This document shows positions 42,501 to 54,500 of a DNA stretch of 64,000 bases, one piece after another. Within the stretch, counting starts at the first letter, position 1. Every line of letters begins with the position of its first letter. Under the pieces are notes generated by a model. The model worked only from the letters and a program-made list of their open reading frames with translations. It ran no database searches and was not told the origin of the DNA. Both the position numbers and the translations under genes were made by a program. This DNA is from Phoronis australis (taxonomy: Eukaryota > Animalia > Phoronida): NCBI GenBank assembly GCA_002633005.1, contig NMRA01000440.1, positions 157,786 through 221,785 on the forward strand, written 5' to 3'.

Positions 42501-45500
42501 AGCTGTCATGTTGGATGTTATCAAGAACTAGCTGTCATGTTGGATGTTATCAAGAACTAGCTGTCATGTTGGATGTTATCAAGAACTAGCTGTCATGTTG
42601 GATGTTATCAAGAACTAGCTGTCATGTTGGATGTTATCAAGAACTAGCTGTCATGTTGGATGTTATCAAGAACTAGCTGTCATGTTGGATGTTATCAAGA
42701 ACTAGCTGTCATGTTGGATGTTATCAAGAACTAGCTGTCATATTGAATGTTGTCAAGAACTAAAGCGGCCATAAGGGTGGTCAAACAAAAAAGAAAATTG
42801 ACTTCTGTCAGTGCATCCATCCCTGCCGTATATCTTTGTGCCAAATTTTGTCCAGTTGTGCCAAGCGCTTTTTGAGATAATCAACTTGTCTTGCCAAAAA
42901 CTAAAATGGCCTACAGGGGGTGCTACAGTATTGAGGTCAGTGTTTGGCAAAAAATACCCACCTTTAATAATATACTTCTTTCATGAGGGACCATCCGTAA
43001 TTTGAATTTTCTTCAAAAGACAACCACCCATAAACTTTTATATCAACTGCTATCCCCCCTCCCATACGGATTTTCCTGGAACAGTCCTAACTTTACATAA
43101 ACATGGTCAACACTAGTGTAGGCACATAACAAAGGAAATCAGCATTAGTAACACACCCCCAGGGGGGATTGGAATTCTACAAATGATACTGCTCAACAAA
43201 ACAATCAACAAGGTGAATTCTCCATTTCCAGATACAACAACTGCTGTAAGACGCTGCATAATGGATATCAAACAAGTCCACAACTGATTGAATTATCAGC
43301 CAACACATCACACTTAGGTTTATCATATCTACTTAGCAAAAGGAACAAAAATGAATGATAAAAAACAACAGATATTGATTCCTTCTTTAGTTTATCGATT
43401 AGAATATTCAAAAATACATTAAAGCCAGGCTGTACATTATCAATTAAAGTTCACGATAGAGAATGGCTCAAGTCAAAACCACTTTAATTGTCTAAATGAC
43501 AACGAGCGACTACGTAAACTTTCAAAGTCAAACATAGTTTTAGTTTTGTTTTCTTAATAGAATAAAGACATCTTCCAATAACTACAAAGATAAAAATGTT
43601 TCGAGCAGCTTGCACTAATTTCATAAGTTGTCACCAACCACGACTTTGAAGAGGTGTCATCTGCTTCACTTTCAACTCCCACACATAGTACTGACAGTCA
43701 GTGTTCAGTGGCAGCCTCGTGTCAATAGCGGAGAATAACAGAGAGGCAAAGAACTATTAATACATCAAAAATGTCAGTCTCTACAACCAATCCATTATTG
43801 TGTCATTAGCAAAGCATTTGAATATTGCAAAGCATACGCTTCTCTGCAATTCTAGCACTTGGAACTATGAGGCATGAGCCATCATTCAACCTACGTCGTT
43901 GTATGAAAGTAGGTATACTTATGTACAACACACAGCTCTCCATGTTTTGTCAACCCACATACGAATATGAGAAAGCTTACTCAAATTACAACGCATAAAG
44001 GCATAAAGGCAGAATGAGTGAAATATATTATTCAACCTACATCAATGACAAAAATAAAGAGTGCTCTCAGGAGCAACACTTGGTGAAATCGAAAAAAAAT
44101 TAAGTGAGAAGTTGATAACACAACCAAGAACATAACAACCATGATGGCGATGCCTATGACACCCACGTACAGTACATGACAAGCCATTAGAAGTTCACTG
44201 ATGAACAAATCAAAACAAAAAAAGACGATCATCAAATGAGAAAACTTAGAATAACTTACAAAGGGTGAGTCATAGCATGGTGTAGATAGCCTGTGAGTTA
44301 GGTCTATTTACATACCAAATATGATAAGGCTTGGTCAAAGGATCGCGGAGCTAGAGCTCCCAAAACATAATTCAAAAAAAACATCCATCACAGCACCATC
44401 TTACAAAGATTTCATGTCAAGTCAAACTTGGAGAAATTTCTTTTCACCAGGTAATAACATTTAATTCTGTTATGGGCACAGTTTGTATAGTTCAGGGATT
44501 ATCTACCACCACAAGCTGAAATTTGGAGCGTATTTAGCACCGTTGCGCCTTTTGGAAAATAAAATCGTAAAGTTATTTCTGTTGTTAATTTTACCCTAAA
44601 CATCGCCTATCGGATACTGTCTTCTAAATAACACTAGTGGATATCTGAAGGTAGAGCCAACAGACAGAGACAGTGATCGTTTGTGTGCTCAAGGCCCAGA
44701 GAGGGATGCAATCTGCACACATAATGAGACAGTGAAGTAGTTTAAGGAACAGAACAGAGTCACGCATGCTAACATTGTGACCACACGTGGGACTTCAATG
44801 GAAATTAATGCATGTCATTACTACAGCCCACACTTCCAAACGGATTCACGACATCAGTATGGATTTTTTTGCACCTACTCGTTCAGGTTTATTAAGTTGC
44901 TTAAGGAGCAGGTGAACACTTGTCGCCAAGCTCTCTGACCTAACCTGCAGCTAATTTACACTGGAGTACCTACAGGTGAACATTTATCGCCAAGCTCTCT
45001 GACCTAACCTGCAGCTAATTTACACTGGAGTACCTACAGGTGAACATTTATCGCCAAGCTCTCTGACCTAACCTGGAGCTTATTTACACCAGAGAACTTA
45101 CAGGTGAACACTTGTCGCCAAGCTCTCTGACCTAAACTGCAGCTTATTTACACCAGAGAACTTACAGGTGAACACTTGTCGCCAAGCTCTCTGACCTAAA
45201 CTGCAGCTTATTTACACCAGAGTACCTAAATGAACACACTCCACACCCACGCACAGGAGCACACACCTACCAACCATACACTCCCTCCACCTTGTGTAAA
45301 AAGAAGTGAACTCACATGCGGTCCAACTCAGAGACATTGGATCTGTGGGTGTTAACACGGCTGATGTTGACGGGTATTGAGCAGACCAGGGTGGAGGCAG
45401 CGCGGTTATCACGGATGGAGAGATGTACTAGCACTGTAAGCAAGATTAAACCTGACCAATCATCCCTGGTGTGGTAAACGCATCAAAAGTTTGTCAACTG

Positions 45501-48500
45501 GTCCATTGTAAGCGTCATAGCAGATAACGTGACAAATCTAATCTTAAATAATTCATTGTTGTTCAATGCTTTTAATGCCCCCTGTGTACTGAATGTGATA
45601 ACACAATATCTACTACAATCATCAACACAATATCTACTACAATCATCAACACAATATCTACTACAATCATCAACACAATATCTACTATAATCATCAACAC
45701 AATATCTACTATAATCATCAACACAATATCTACTATAATCATCAACACAATATCTACTACAATCATCAACATGTCACTAATCTGTATCTGTTACAAACAA
45801 AAAACCAATAATCAACATTCTGTGCAATATAAAGTTCACTTCTACAAACATAGAGTTACAAAAACCTTTTTCGACACTCAGCACGAAACTAATTGCCTCC
45901 CTTCAAGTTAAGTTTTTGTTTCACAGAAACAAAGCGCCACCTATTGTTGGCCCTTCCGACTCCTATAGGAACAATAAATCCTTGGCTCACGGTTAGTTTG
46001 AATTATTTCTGAATTCATGAATGGCACTCGATTTCTATAGTGAGAAACGTTTAATCAAACCAAATTACTTAAACATCTAGACACAAGACAAACACGTCAC
46101 TCAGCCAATCTGTGCTAGTCAAGCCACAATTCAGGGAAGTTGTGTCCCTAGTGTCATGTGTCATTAGCCAATGTCACCCCTACCACGATGACCACAACAG
46201 AGTATTTGTACCAACCTACCTTGACTAATGGCGGCGGGGCTGGCAGCAGGCAGGGAGAATTGTACCTCATTCTGTTCCCCCCTGTAGATCAGGTTATTCG
46301 GCAGGTGATCCCCTGTACTGTAACTCACCTCGTAGGTCAACGGCAGATTCTACAACACATACAGTAAGAACAAACTGACGCATTTTGCCCAAATTATTTC
46401 GAGTTCCCTGAAGTTATGGTGAATAATGAGAAAGAAATAAGACGAAAAATAAGAGTAAGAATTATTTTGAAAGTCAGCCGGAAATTTTATGCATCCAAAG
46501 TTCGTTAATTATCGAAGACAGGGTTTTTTTTACATTTTTTGAAAACAACTGTGTAGCAGAGCCAGTCGAATGATTGGTTGCCAAGCAACCAGTCTGTCAT
46601 AACCAGTTCTTCATGTAGTTTAACCCAGCACCCACAAGTGAACCTGCACCAATAATCTGGTATTTGATTCGTTTATAATACTTCTCCTTCAATACCTAGT
46701 GTTAACGCCCAAAAAAAACGAGAAGAACACCAAATTCAGGACATGAACAATAGCGAGTTATACCTGCCAGAGACTGACAGTGAAACATAGGGACATGTGC
46801 CAAACATGAAATAATTGAATAAAAAATCGATAAAACAAATTTCTTTCCAAAATAGGCACATGGGCCTAGATACATGCACACATGGGCCTAGATACATGCA
46901 AATATTGTAGAATGTGATGCTGAGGTTTTTTACTACTTATCCTATATGCGTGATAGTATGACCATGAGGTACGGGTCGTATTGTGAGGTTTGATATGGAA
47001 GACCTACTTTTCCATATTCATTACGCGTTGAATATGGATTTTCCGTATTCAACGCGCGTTGAATACGGATGCCTTCTTTCTCGCCAAAATTCCTGCTGAG
47101 AACACAATACACTACAGTTGGTAGAAACATGATTATATATATAACATCACTTTGGGTTCAGCTCCGTGCGCAATATTTTCACATGCCAATACTATGATAT
47201 GAGTTCTGAAAATTAAACAAAAAAGTGAAATGAAAATGTCGTTGACAATGTTTCTTAATATATCGTAAAATTTTGCACCTGAGTAGAACACTTAAATCAC
47301 AAAAAGTCTCGAACTTGTCACAATATATTTTGGATTAGGAGAGCAATATACTTTACAAATCAGGGCTTGGAATGACCAATGACAAAAAACGCGGAAACTT
47401 TTACGGCCCAAATCATGCGCGCTACCCAGCCTTGAAATGGTCGATGTGAATCTTTCCCCGACAAAAATCGGGAGGACTAAAAAAAAGTTACCACCAACAG
47501 TAGCATGCGTCTGCGTCCTTTTAGCTCGTCCGTCCACTCCCAACCCACACATTTTTGGCTGCAGAGCCATAGTATTTGTCGCCGCGGTTTACAATAACAC
47601 GAGACACCATTGAAAATCCCACCTTGCTATCCCAGATGCCCCGGCAATGTTGACAATTTACGTTCCTCCGAAACATAAAGCGCAACTTCCGCTTTTCGAG
47701 GTGAACGTCGTCTGCAACGCCGCGGTAAGAAAGGAATTTGCCGCGGAAATTTTATATCTAATCCGATTTTTTTTACGCGGAAATATAATAAAATGCACGG
47801 ATAGAACATTTGAAAAAAGCGGAAATCAGCATTTCCGCGGAAAATTCCAAGCCCTGACAAATGCATACCTTCTTTTAGTCACCTGTTGCACTACACCAGT
47901 TGAGGTTCTTTACGGTCAAATATGAGTCAATTTTTAAATTCGTTCTCAAAAAAATCAAAATACGTTGAGTCCAACCGCAAAACTGCAACTTCTGTAAACA
48001 CTGTATTTCTGTCAATTTTACGATTAATTTCGGAATACTTTCTACCTAAAATGATAAGAACAGCGCGCAAGGAGCATTTTAAGAAGTGTCTGAACGTGCA
48101 TCAGCCACAACGTCTGGGTGTCCTGCACAGATATTACTCAACAAAGTCAAGAAAAATTGCCAGAAATGTAAGAAAACTTCAAGTTAGAAATAGATTTAGC
48201 TCAAACTGTAATGAAAATACTGAAAATAGTAGATATGCATCCCAAGCCTGTAGCTAAATTACAACTTGACTGCCGTGTCGTGCAGGCTGCAAAAAATTCA
48301 TTCATAAAAAATTTACGTGCAAGTATACATGTCACGCGATCTGCGTCCATCATCAATAAAAAATGAGCAATCTGTGTGAACCCGCTTCTTTAAACAATCC
48401 TCAGTGGGGCGCATTCGATAAATAGGTTTGTACCCTCGTTCAAATACTTTTGCATATCACGAATCTCGATATAATAACCACTGGTACAAACACGTAGGTT

Positions 48501-51500
48501 GTATAACCTATGTTTACAACTGAAATCACCTTTAGCTTGAATCTTCAAAATGAGTTTGTATTAAGGCTAATTATGAGTTTTTACTAGAATGAAGAGCTCT
48601 TGGCAGAAGCTTTTCTCTCCGTTAAAGTCTGTCAAATATGTCTCAGCTTCTTCTTGAAGCCTGAGGTGGATTAACACAAGAGTGGACTTCTTTAGTCAAC
48701 TCCTCTAGTTCTGAAGATATTGTCATCGAATTTGAAGCTTGTAAACAACTGAACAACAGCAAGACTACTTCAGAGATACATTTTGATTTGGATTGGTTTG
48801 TGTTCTGATGTCACACAGAAGACTGAACATAAAAATGAAAGCGCTCCGAGGAGCGAAACTTGGCGAAATTAACAGATAAGACGACGCTAGAGATGATGAC
48901 GAAGATGATGGATATGACGATGATGGTGGCAATGATGAACAATACAGGTAATGATAACATTCCTATGACAAATTTAGAGGTCAGAAATCAGTAATAGGCT
49001 ACAGTCTTGAGCGACACTTGGCGAACTGAAAAGACGATGACGGAGATGATGACGAAGATGACAAATATGATGATGGTGGTGGTGATGAGGAACAACATCA
49101 TAGCATTCATATGACGAACGTAGATGTCATAAATCAGTAAGGAATAGGCTACAGTCTTGTTCAATAGAAGCTAAACAAACATCAATGCAGCAAGATCGCT
49201 CAACAAAGGAACAGCGCTATCAGAAAATTTCAAATAATTCGAAAAGTAGACGTCCTAGCGAAAAATGGAAAACATCTTCTGAAAGCCCGTTCAAAACTGT
49301 TTCTTAATTGATAGTATTGCAAAATTACGTTAGTTCTTCGAAAAATTGAAATTTTGCGGGTTTTTTTTTGAAATTCAAAGTCAAATAACTCGAAAACGGT
49401 AAGTCTGAGAAAAAATCGTTAAGGTTCTTTTGAAAGAGTATACCTCAGAGAAAACACATGCAAAAATTCACGTCATTTTCTCTCCCATTTAAAATGGCAC
49501 TCTGGCACGACTGAAAATGGGTCAACATGCGTCAGATTCGCCATCTTGGAATCAACTTCCATTTTTTTTTAGGATTGCATAATAGCCGGCAACAGAAAAC
49601 TAATACCTGAAAAATTTCAAAGAAATTGGTTTTTTAAAGTGCTCTCTACAGGACAAAACATTTTTTCCCGAAATCGAGGTGCGCATACGCCATTGCCGAT
49701 ATTTCTGACATTTTTGACCAGAAGTAAATGATTTCTAGCATAGTCGGAGGACCTGTATAGTTTCATAATTGTGCCGACTTTGAGCCCGATAGTCAAAAAT
49801 TGCGGGTTCTATGAGCAACTGAATAAGAAATCGGAAACAAAATGGCCGCCATGTCCGCCATATTGGATCTGATCATGACCAAAAACAATAGGCTTCCAGC
49901 ACTTCCGGAGCTACACCTTGGGTGTAAATTTCATGTGGATAGGACGAAAATTGCGACCAGTAGAGTGCGAACAAAAAAAAAACTTGACATCAGAGCAACA
50001 TACTTGGCAAAATTTATTAATCATTGACACATTGCCATTATTACTTGATTTGGACAGATTATGGAGTTATGAGCCATTACCACACACAATCTAACACTGT
50101 GCCACCAGCCCATCAGCTAATTCGAAAGTATTAAGGAGAAATTTCTGAAAGAACCTTATGGAATAAAAAAATCTACATAACCCATCACAAAATTGGCTGA
50201 AATTTTACTAGTAAACTTATATCTATCTAAAATGACACCAACCACTGTAATACACTCTTTGACGTCTTCGTCTATTTTTATACTTCCTGAAAGTTTTACC
50301 AGAAACATGCAAAATTTTCAGGTAAAAAATTACTTCTTTTTAAACCACAATATTAGCGTCAAATGGCAGATACAACTGTGTAATAACCCATAAGGTTATC
50401 TCACTTGTGAGATAACGATTTGGCGGGAAACCGAGGACGGAGTCGAACCGGGGACCTTGAAATTGTTGCTCGCCGACTTTACCAGTACACCATGCAGCGA
50501 CCGACGTCATCAAGAGTGAAAATAGAATACTTAAATGAGCACGTGCAATAATCGCATGTTCAACAAACCGCATTGTACTGTACTTATACGCTATGAAAAA
50601 TAAGACACATAATTTCCATAAAAATGATATCTTAATTCAGTGAAAATTTTCTCTCATGACCTCTTACTTGTAAATCACCAATCTACTGTTTGAATGCGAG
50701 TATCGTTTCGTCAGGATCTTTGACTTGAGAATTATATTCAGTTACCAGTGGTAACCTACTTTAGCAGACGATAATTTCCCAGTCGAAGCTTAGCGAGAAA
50801 AAAACGTGTTTTAAGCTATAATAGTTGGTAAACCTTAATTTATCAATTCAATTTATTTCTATTATATTTAAGTTTTCAAATGGTTTTGAGTAAAAGCATT
50901 ATTTGACAAAAATAGCCCGGTTTTTCTTAAAAGGTCACAACCTCCGACCCCGGGCCTCTGACATAGAAAGTAGTTACAAAGCCGTGGAGAGTCAGAAAAG
51001 GTAAATCAATTCATTGCAATGTTTCTCGTTTAGTATGTGGTATATGTTCTCAGCTGTTATCCCCCTTATCTAGAGCCCTCGTGGATTTTGGAGGATTATC
51101 ACCCTCGGGGTGAACACTCCTCGGGCGATAATTCTCCAAAATCCACTCGGGCTCTAGATAACGGGGGATAACGACTTCGCCATGTAATAATCTATATTGA
51201 ACAGGATTAATCAGTGTAGATTAGAAACTGATATTCGATACTGCGTAGGCATGTACAATATTCATCCCCCAGTCCAAAAATATATAATTCTCAAAGAAAT
51301 GAAATAACACCGCTTTGTGAGGCAACTCCTTTCGTCGTACAACCTAATTCAAGTACCCAAACTCAAACTAAGTTATTGATAAGAATATAGCAAGCCGTTT
51401 ACAAAACGACTCTTGAAATTAGTAGACAATGAACAAGAGTTACAATTACAATCAAAAGTCTGGTTGCCTTTTGATTTTATGCACAGAAATTCAACTGAAA

Positions 51501-54500
51501 ACTCGCATTTTAGTTGTCATGTGTCAAGTATTTGGTGCAACTGCTCAGTAATAAAAAATACAAACACTGATTGAAAGTTTTTAATAGGCAGTAGAATCAT
51601 TATTAGTGTGCAGAATGATCTTGCTTACAATTTTTATGCTCTCAAACTGGTTGGTTGTACGAGAGTTGTAATTAGACTTTTAGTACAGAGGGTAAATCCG
51701 GCAAGTGACACCTTGTGGCACTACAGTAGAACTTCCTGTCCATGGAAATGACTGCTGTAGTGTAGTTTGAAAATGCTTGCATTAAGAAGTCTTTATCAAG
51801 GAAGGAAGCTACACAAGAATTGCACACAAAGTGCAGCTGATTATTTAGGATATACTTGTAATGTGACTGAGCCAGTTTTTGAATAGGAGCTCATCTTGGC
51901 CAGGTAGAGGGGGTGTGTATGGTATATTGCTCAGTGCACCGGTGCAGAGTATTGTTCACTTCATTGGGTGAAATAAATGCTCCCTTGGGCATTGACAGAC
52001 ACATGTGTGATCTAGTGAGGGAAGCTGCACCTGATGACAATGCAAGGCAGTGGGTGTCTACCTCCAGTGTATTTGGAATATCGGCACTTCCATCGGCTTC
52101 TTACGAAGGCAGCTGGCCACGTTCCACTTTTAATGAAATTGAGTCAAGGTGGGCACTACACAAAGGCAAACGGAGTTCCAGATTTGCTCACGATGTGAAA
52201 GTGTTATTGACAGAAAGTTTGCATCTGGACAAACAACAGGTGTCAAGTGTACCCCTACTAAAGAAACGAGGTTAACGAACAATGGCCAGACAAAACCCTT
52301 TAATTGAAATGACTGGCTAAACAAGGCCCAAATCAGTGGCTTTTTTCTCCCATGACTGCCTCTTCTTAAGCTGTCTGCAGGACGGAGATGCGCACACGAT
52401 GAAGGGAGGACTATTAAGATCCCAACTATTACATGAAGATCTGACCATTTATTACATGAAGATCTGACCTAACATCCAGTCCGTTCTACTAGAAAGTTCT
52501 GTTAATGCCTTTTTGCTGTTGGTTGATTGTCGAAATTTAAAAATCCACACATGGCTACCAATCCCTCAACTTTTGGGCAGAATATCGACCCCATTAACCT
52601 CAGAAACATATTGAAAAATCCCGCAAAATTCGTCACATGATGCCCAAAAATTTCCTTCAAGTGATTGAAAAATTCCCTTCGAGGTTCAAACCACTTGTAA
52701 CTCACACATATGACAATTCAAAAAAGCACAAAATGTTAGTTTTGGTTACTTGAGGCAGAGCCTATAAAGGCTTGCAACACGGTGGGGGTGCTATTGATGG
52801 TGACCGGTAGGTAGAATTTTCCCTTTCACCCCAAATATTCCCCTATCAGAAGGCACAGATACCTTGAACAGATGAACGAGGGCCCTGCCAGAATTATTTC
52901 TTAACGTTCATACATTTTAATTTGTTCAGTATTTTATATCGTCACATGAATTTATTCTGTGGACAGAAGGAAAAAAATACAAAATATTTGTACTTTAAAT
53001 CATTGTTACCATAAGGGTTGAAATTTACAAAAGCACTTTTTCCGCTCAAGTCCAAGGGGGAGCTTCAGATAGCGATTACTTGACATACAGCATCACGTAG
53101 AGTTTCTAAAAATCCCACTTACGCATATTTGATAAAGACCAAGGTCACTAGATTTAATAATTACGTCCTTCAGCACTTTTACACGTTACAAGCTCTCACC
53201 ATAACATCTCACTGTATCACTAACCTCCATAGCAAGGATTACTGTTCTGTAAAGAATGACCTATATGCAAATGTTTGAATGCATACATAAGGGTCATTAC
53301 ATAGATGCTCATGTTCAAATACATGTAAAACGGTTTATTCAAGTGGACATTTTTACTTTCACGCCAGTTCCATGAGAATTATGAAACAAATGCATCTTTT
53401 GGGTGCACAAATCCAGACCATCAGAGGCAAAAACATGGTTTATGCAATCAAGATTCTTTCTGAGTGACCGCTTAAGCAGACACTGCCAACAGTTTCTTTA
53501 GGCTAAAATGCAACTACACAAATCTTAGAAAAAATCACAAAGAAGAAAAGATTTCATAACCCATACTCGAGCCCGTTGAAAGGTAAAAGTTAAGTTTTCT
53601 AGTTACATGTTACACTCTGACATACTGTATTGCAGAGACTGAGTAACACTGTGTTATACAATAGTGCTTTGTAATATGTTGATGCATCAAAGTCGCCCCC
53701 CAGAACCTCCAGAATAACTGCTACTTTTACTCTTGTCCCTACCCTTCCAGGTACTGCCCCATCACTACCAATTCGAAATGAATGTTGTCACCAGACTACG
53801 TAGGAAAATCACTTAAGGTAACAAAAGGGGGATAACAGCTCGTCCCTCCCCGACACCCCCTTTTTTGGGCTTCCAATGGTCCCAAAACCCTCAAATTGAA
53901 AAAATACCTCCAAATTCACATAGCGTATACAAATGACTATGTTTGTAGTACATACTTGAATAAAACTGCCGTGTAATGACTGTATCTAGGTAGCCAGATA
54001 CAACAAGGTATACTCAATAACAGAACATGTAAACCACTACGAGGGCAAAAGACCAAACTTTTGACTTTATGTATTAAATTATAAACTAGCCCAATACTAC
54101 CAAATCACACTGGTTTCATATTCACATGTGCTATATCCTTTGCTTGCTTTCTCACTGGAAATGGCCAAAATCAACCCGTTGAAAATTCACCAAAATTCTC
54201 AATTTTTTGGAAAGCCAGTTTAAAATGTCTAACTGAAATATCAAAAGTGTTTCTGAATCCTAAGATTAGATACATTCACAGAAAAAATAGCTATTCCTAA
54301 CTTTTTATGCTGTCTCAATAATCTTGTAAATATGACAGCTTTTTAACTAAAATTAGTGTCGAAAAAATCATTTTTGCAAGATCAGCATAAAAACAAAAAC
54401 GAGGCTTGTGTCATAAAAATCAAAGGTGACTTAGTGCATACCTAGGAGCAGGCCTTTATGCAGTGTAGGTCCTGGCGTCCATTTGGACGCCCTAGCACTA

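Noticed and set aside
40409-42757. Possible CRISPR array (29-bp repeats)
   Set aside because: The units are head-to-tail with no unique spacers, there are no cas genes, and the context is a eukaryotic intron.
44032-44235. Hydrophobic 67-aa ORF resembling a TM segment
   Set aside because: It is explained by the T-rich composition of the minus strand and does not fit the host gene's domain order.
50428-50502. Functional tRNA gene
   Set aside because: A and B boxes are present, but the acceptor and anticodon stems do not pair. Treated as SINE-like or a pseudogene.
51913-52275. 120-aa plus-strand ORF
   Set aside because: It has no recognisable domain and no convincing splice partners. It cannot be supported without expression data.
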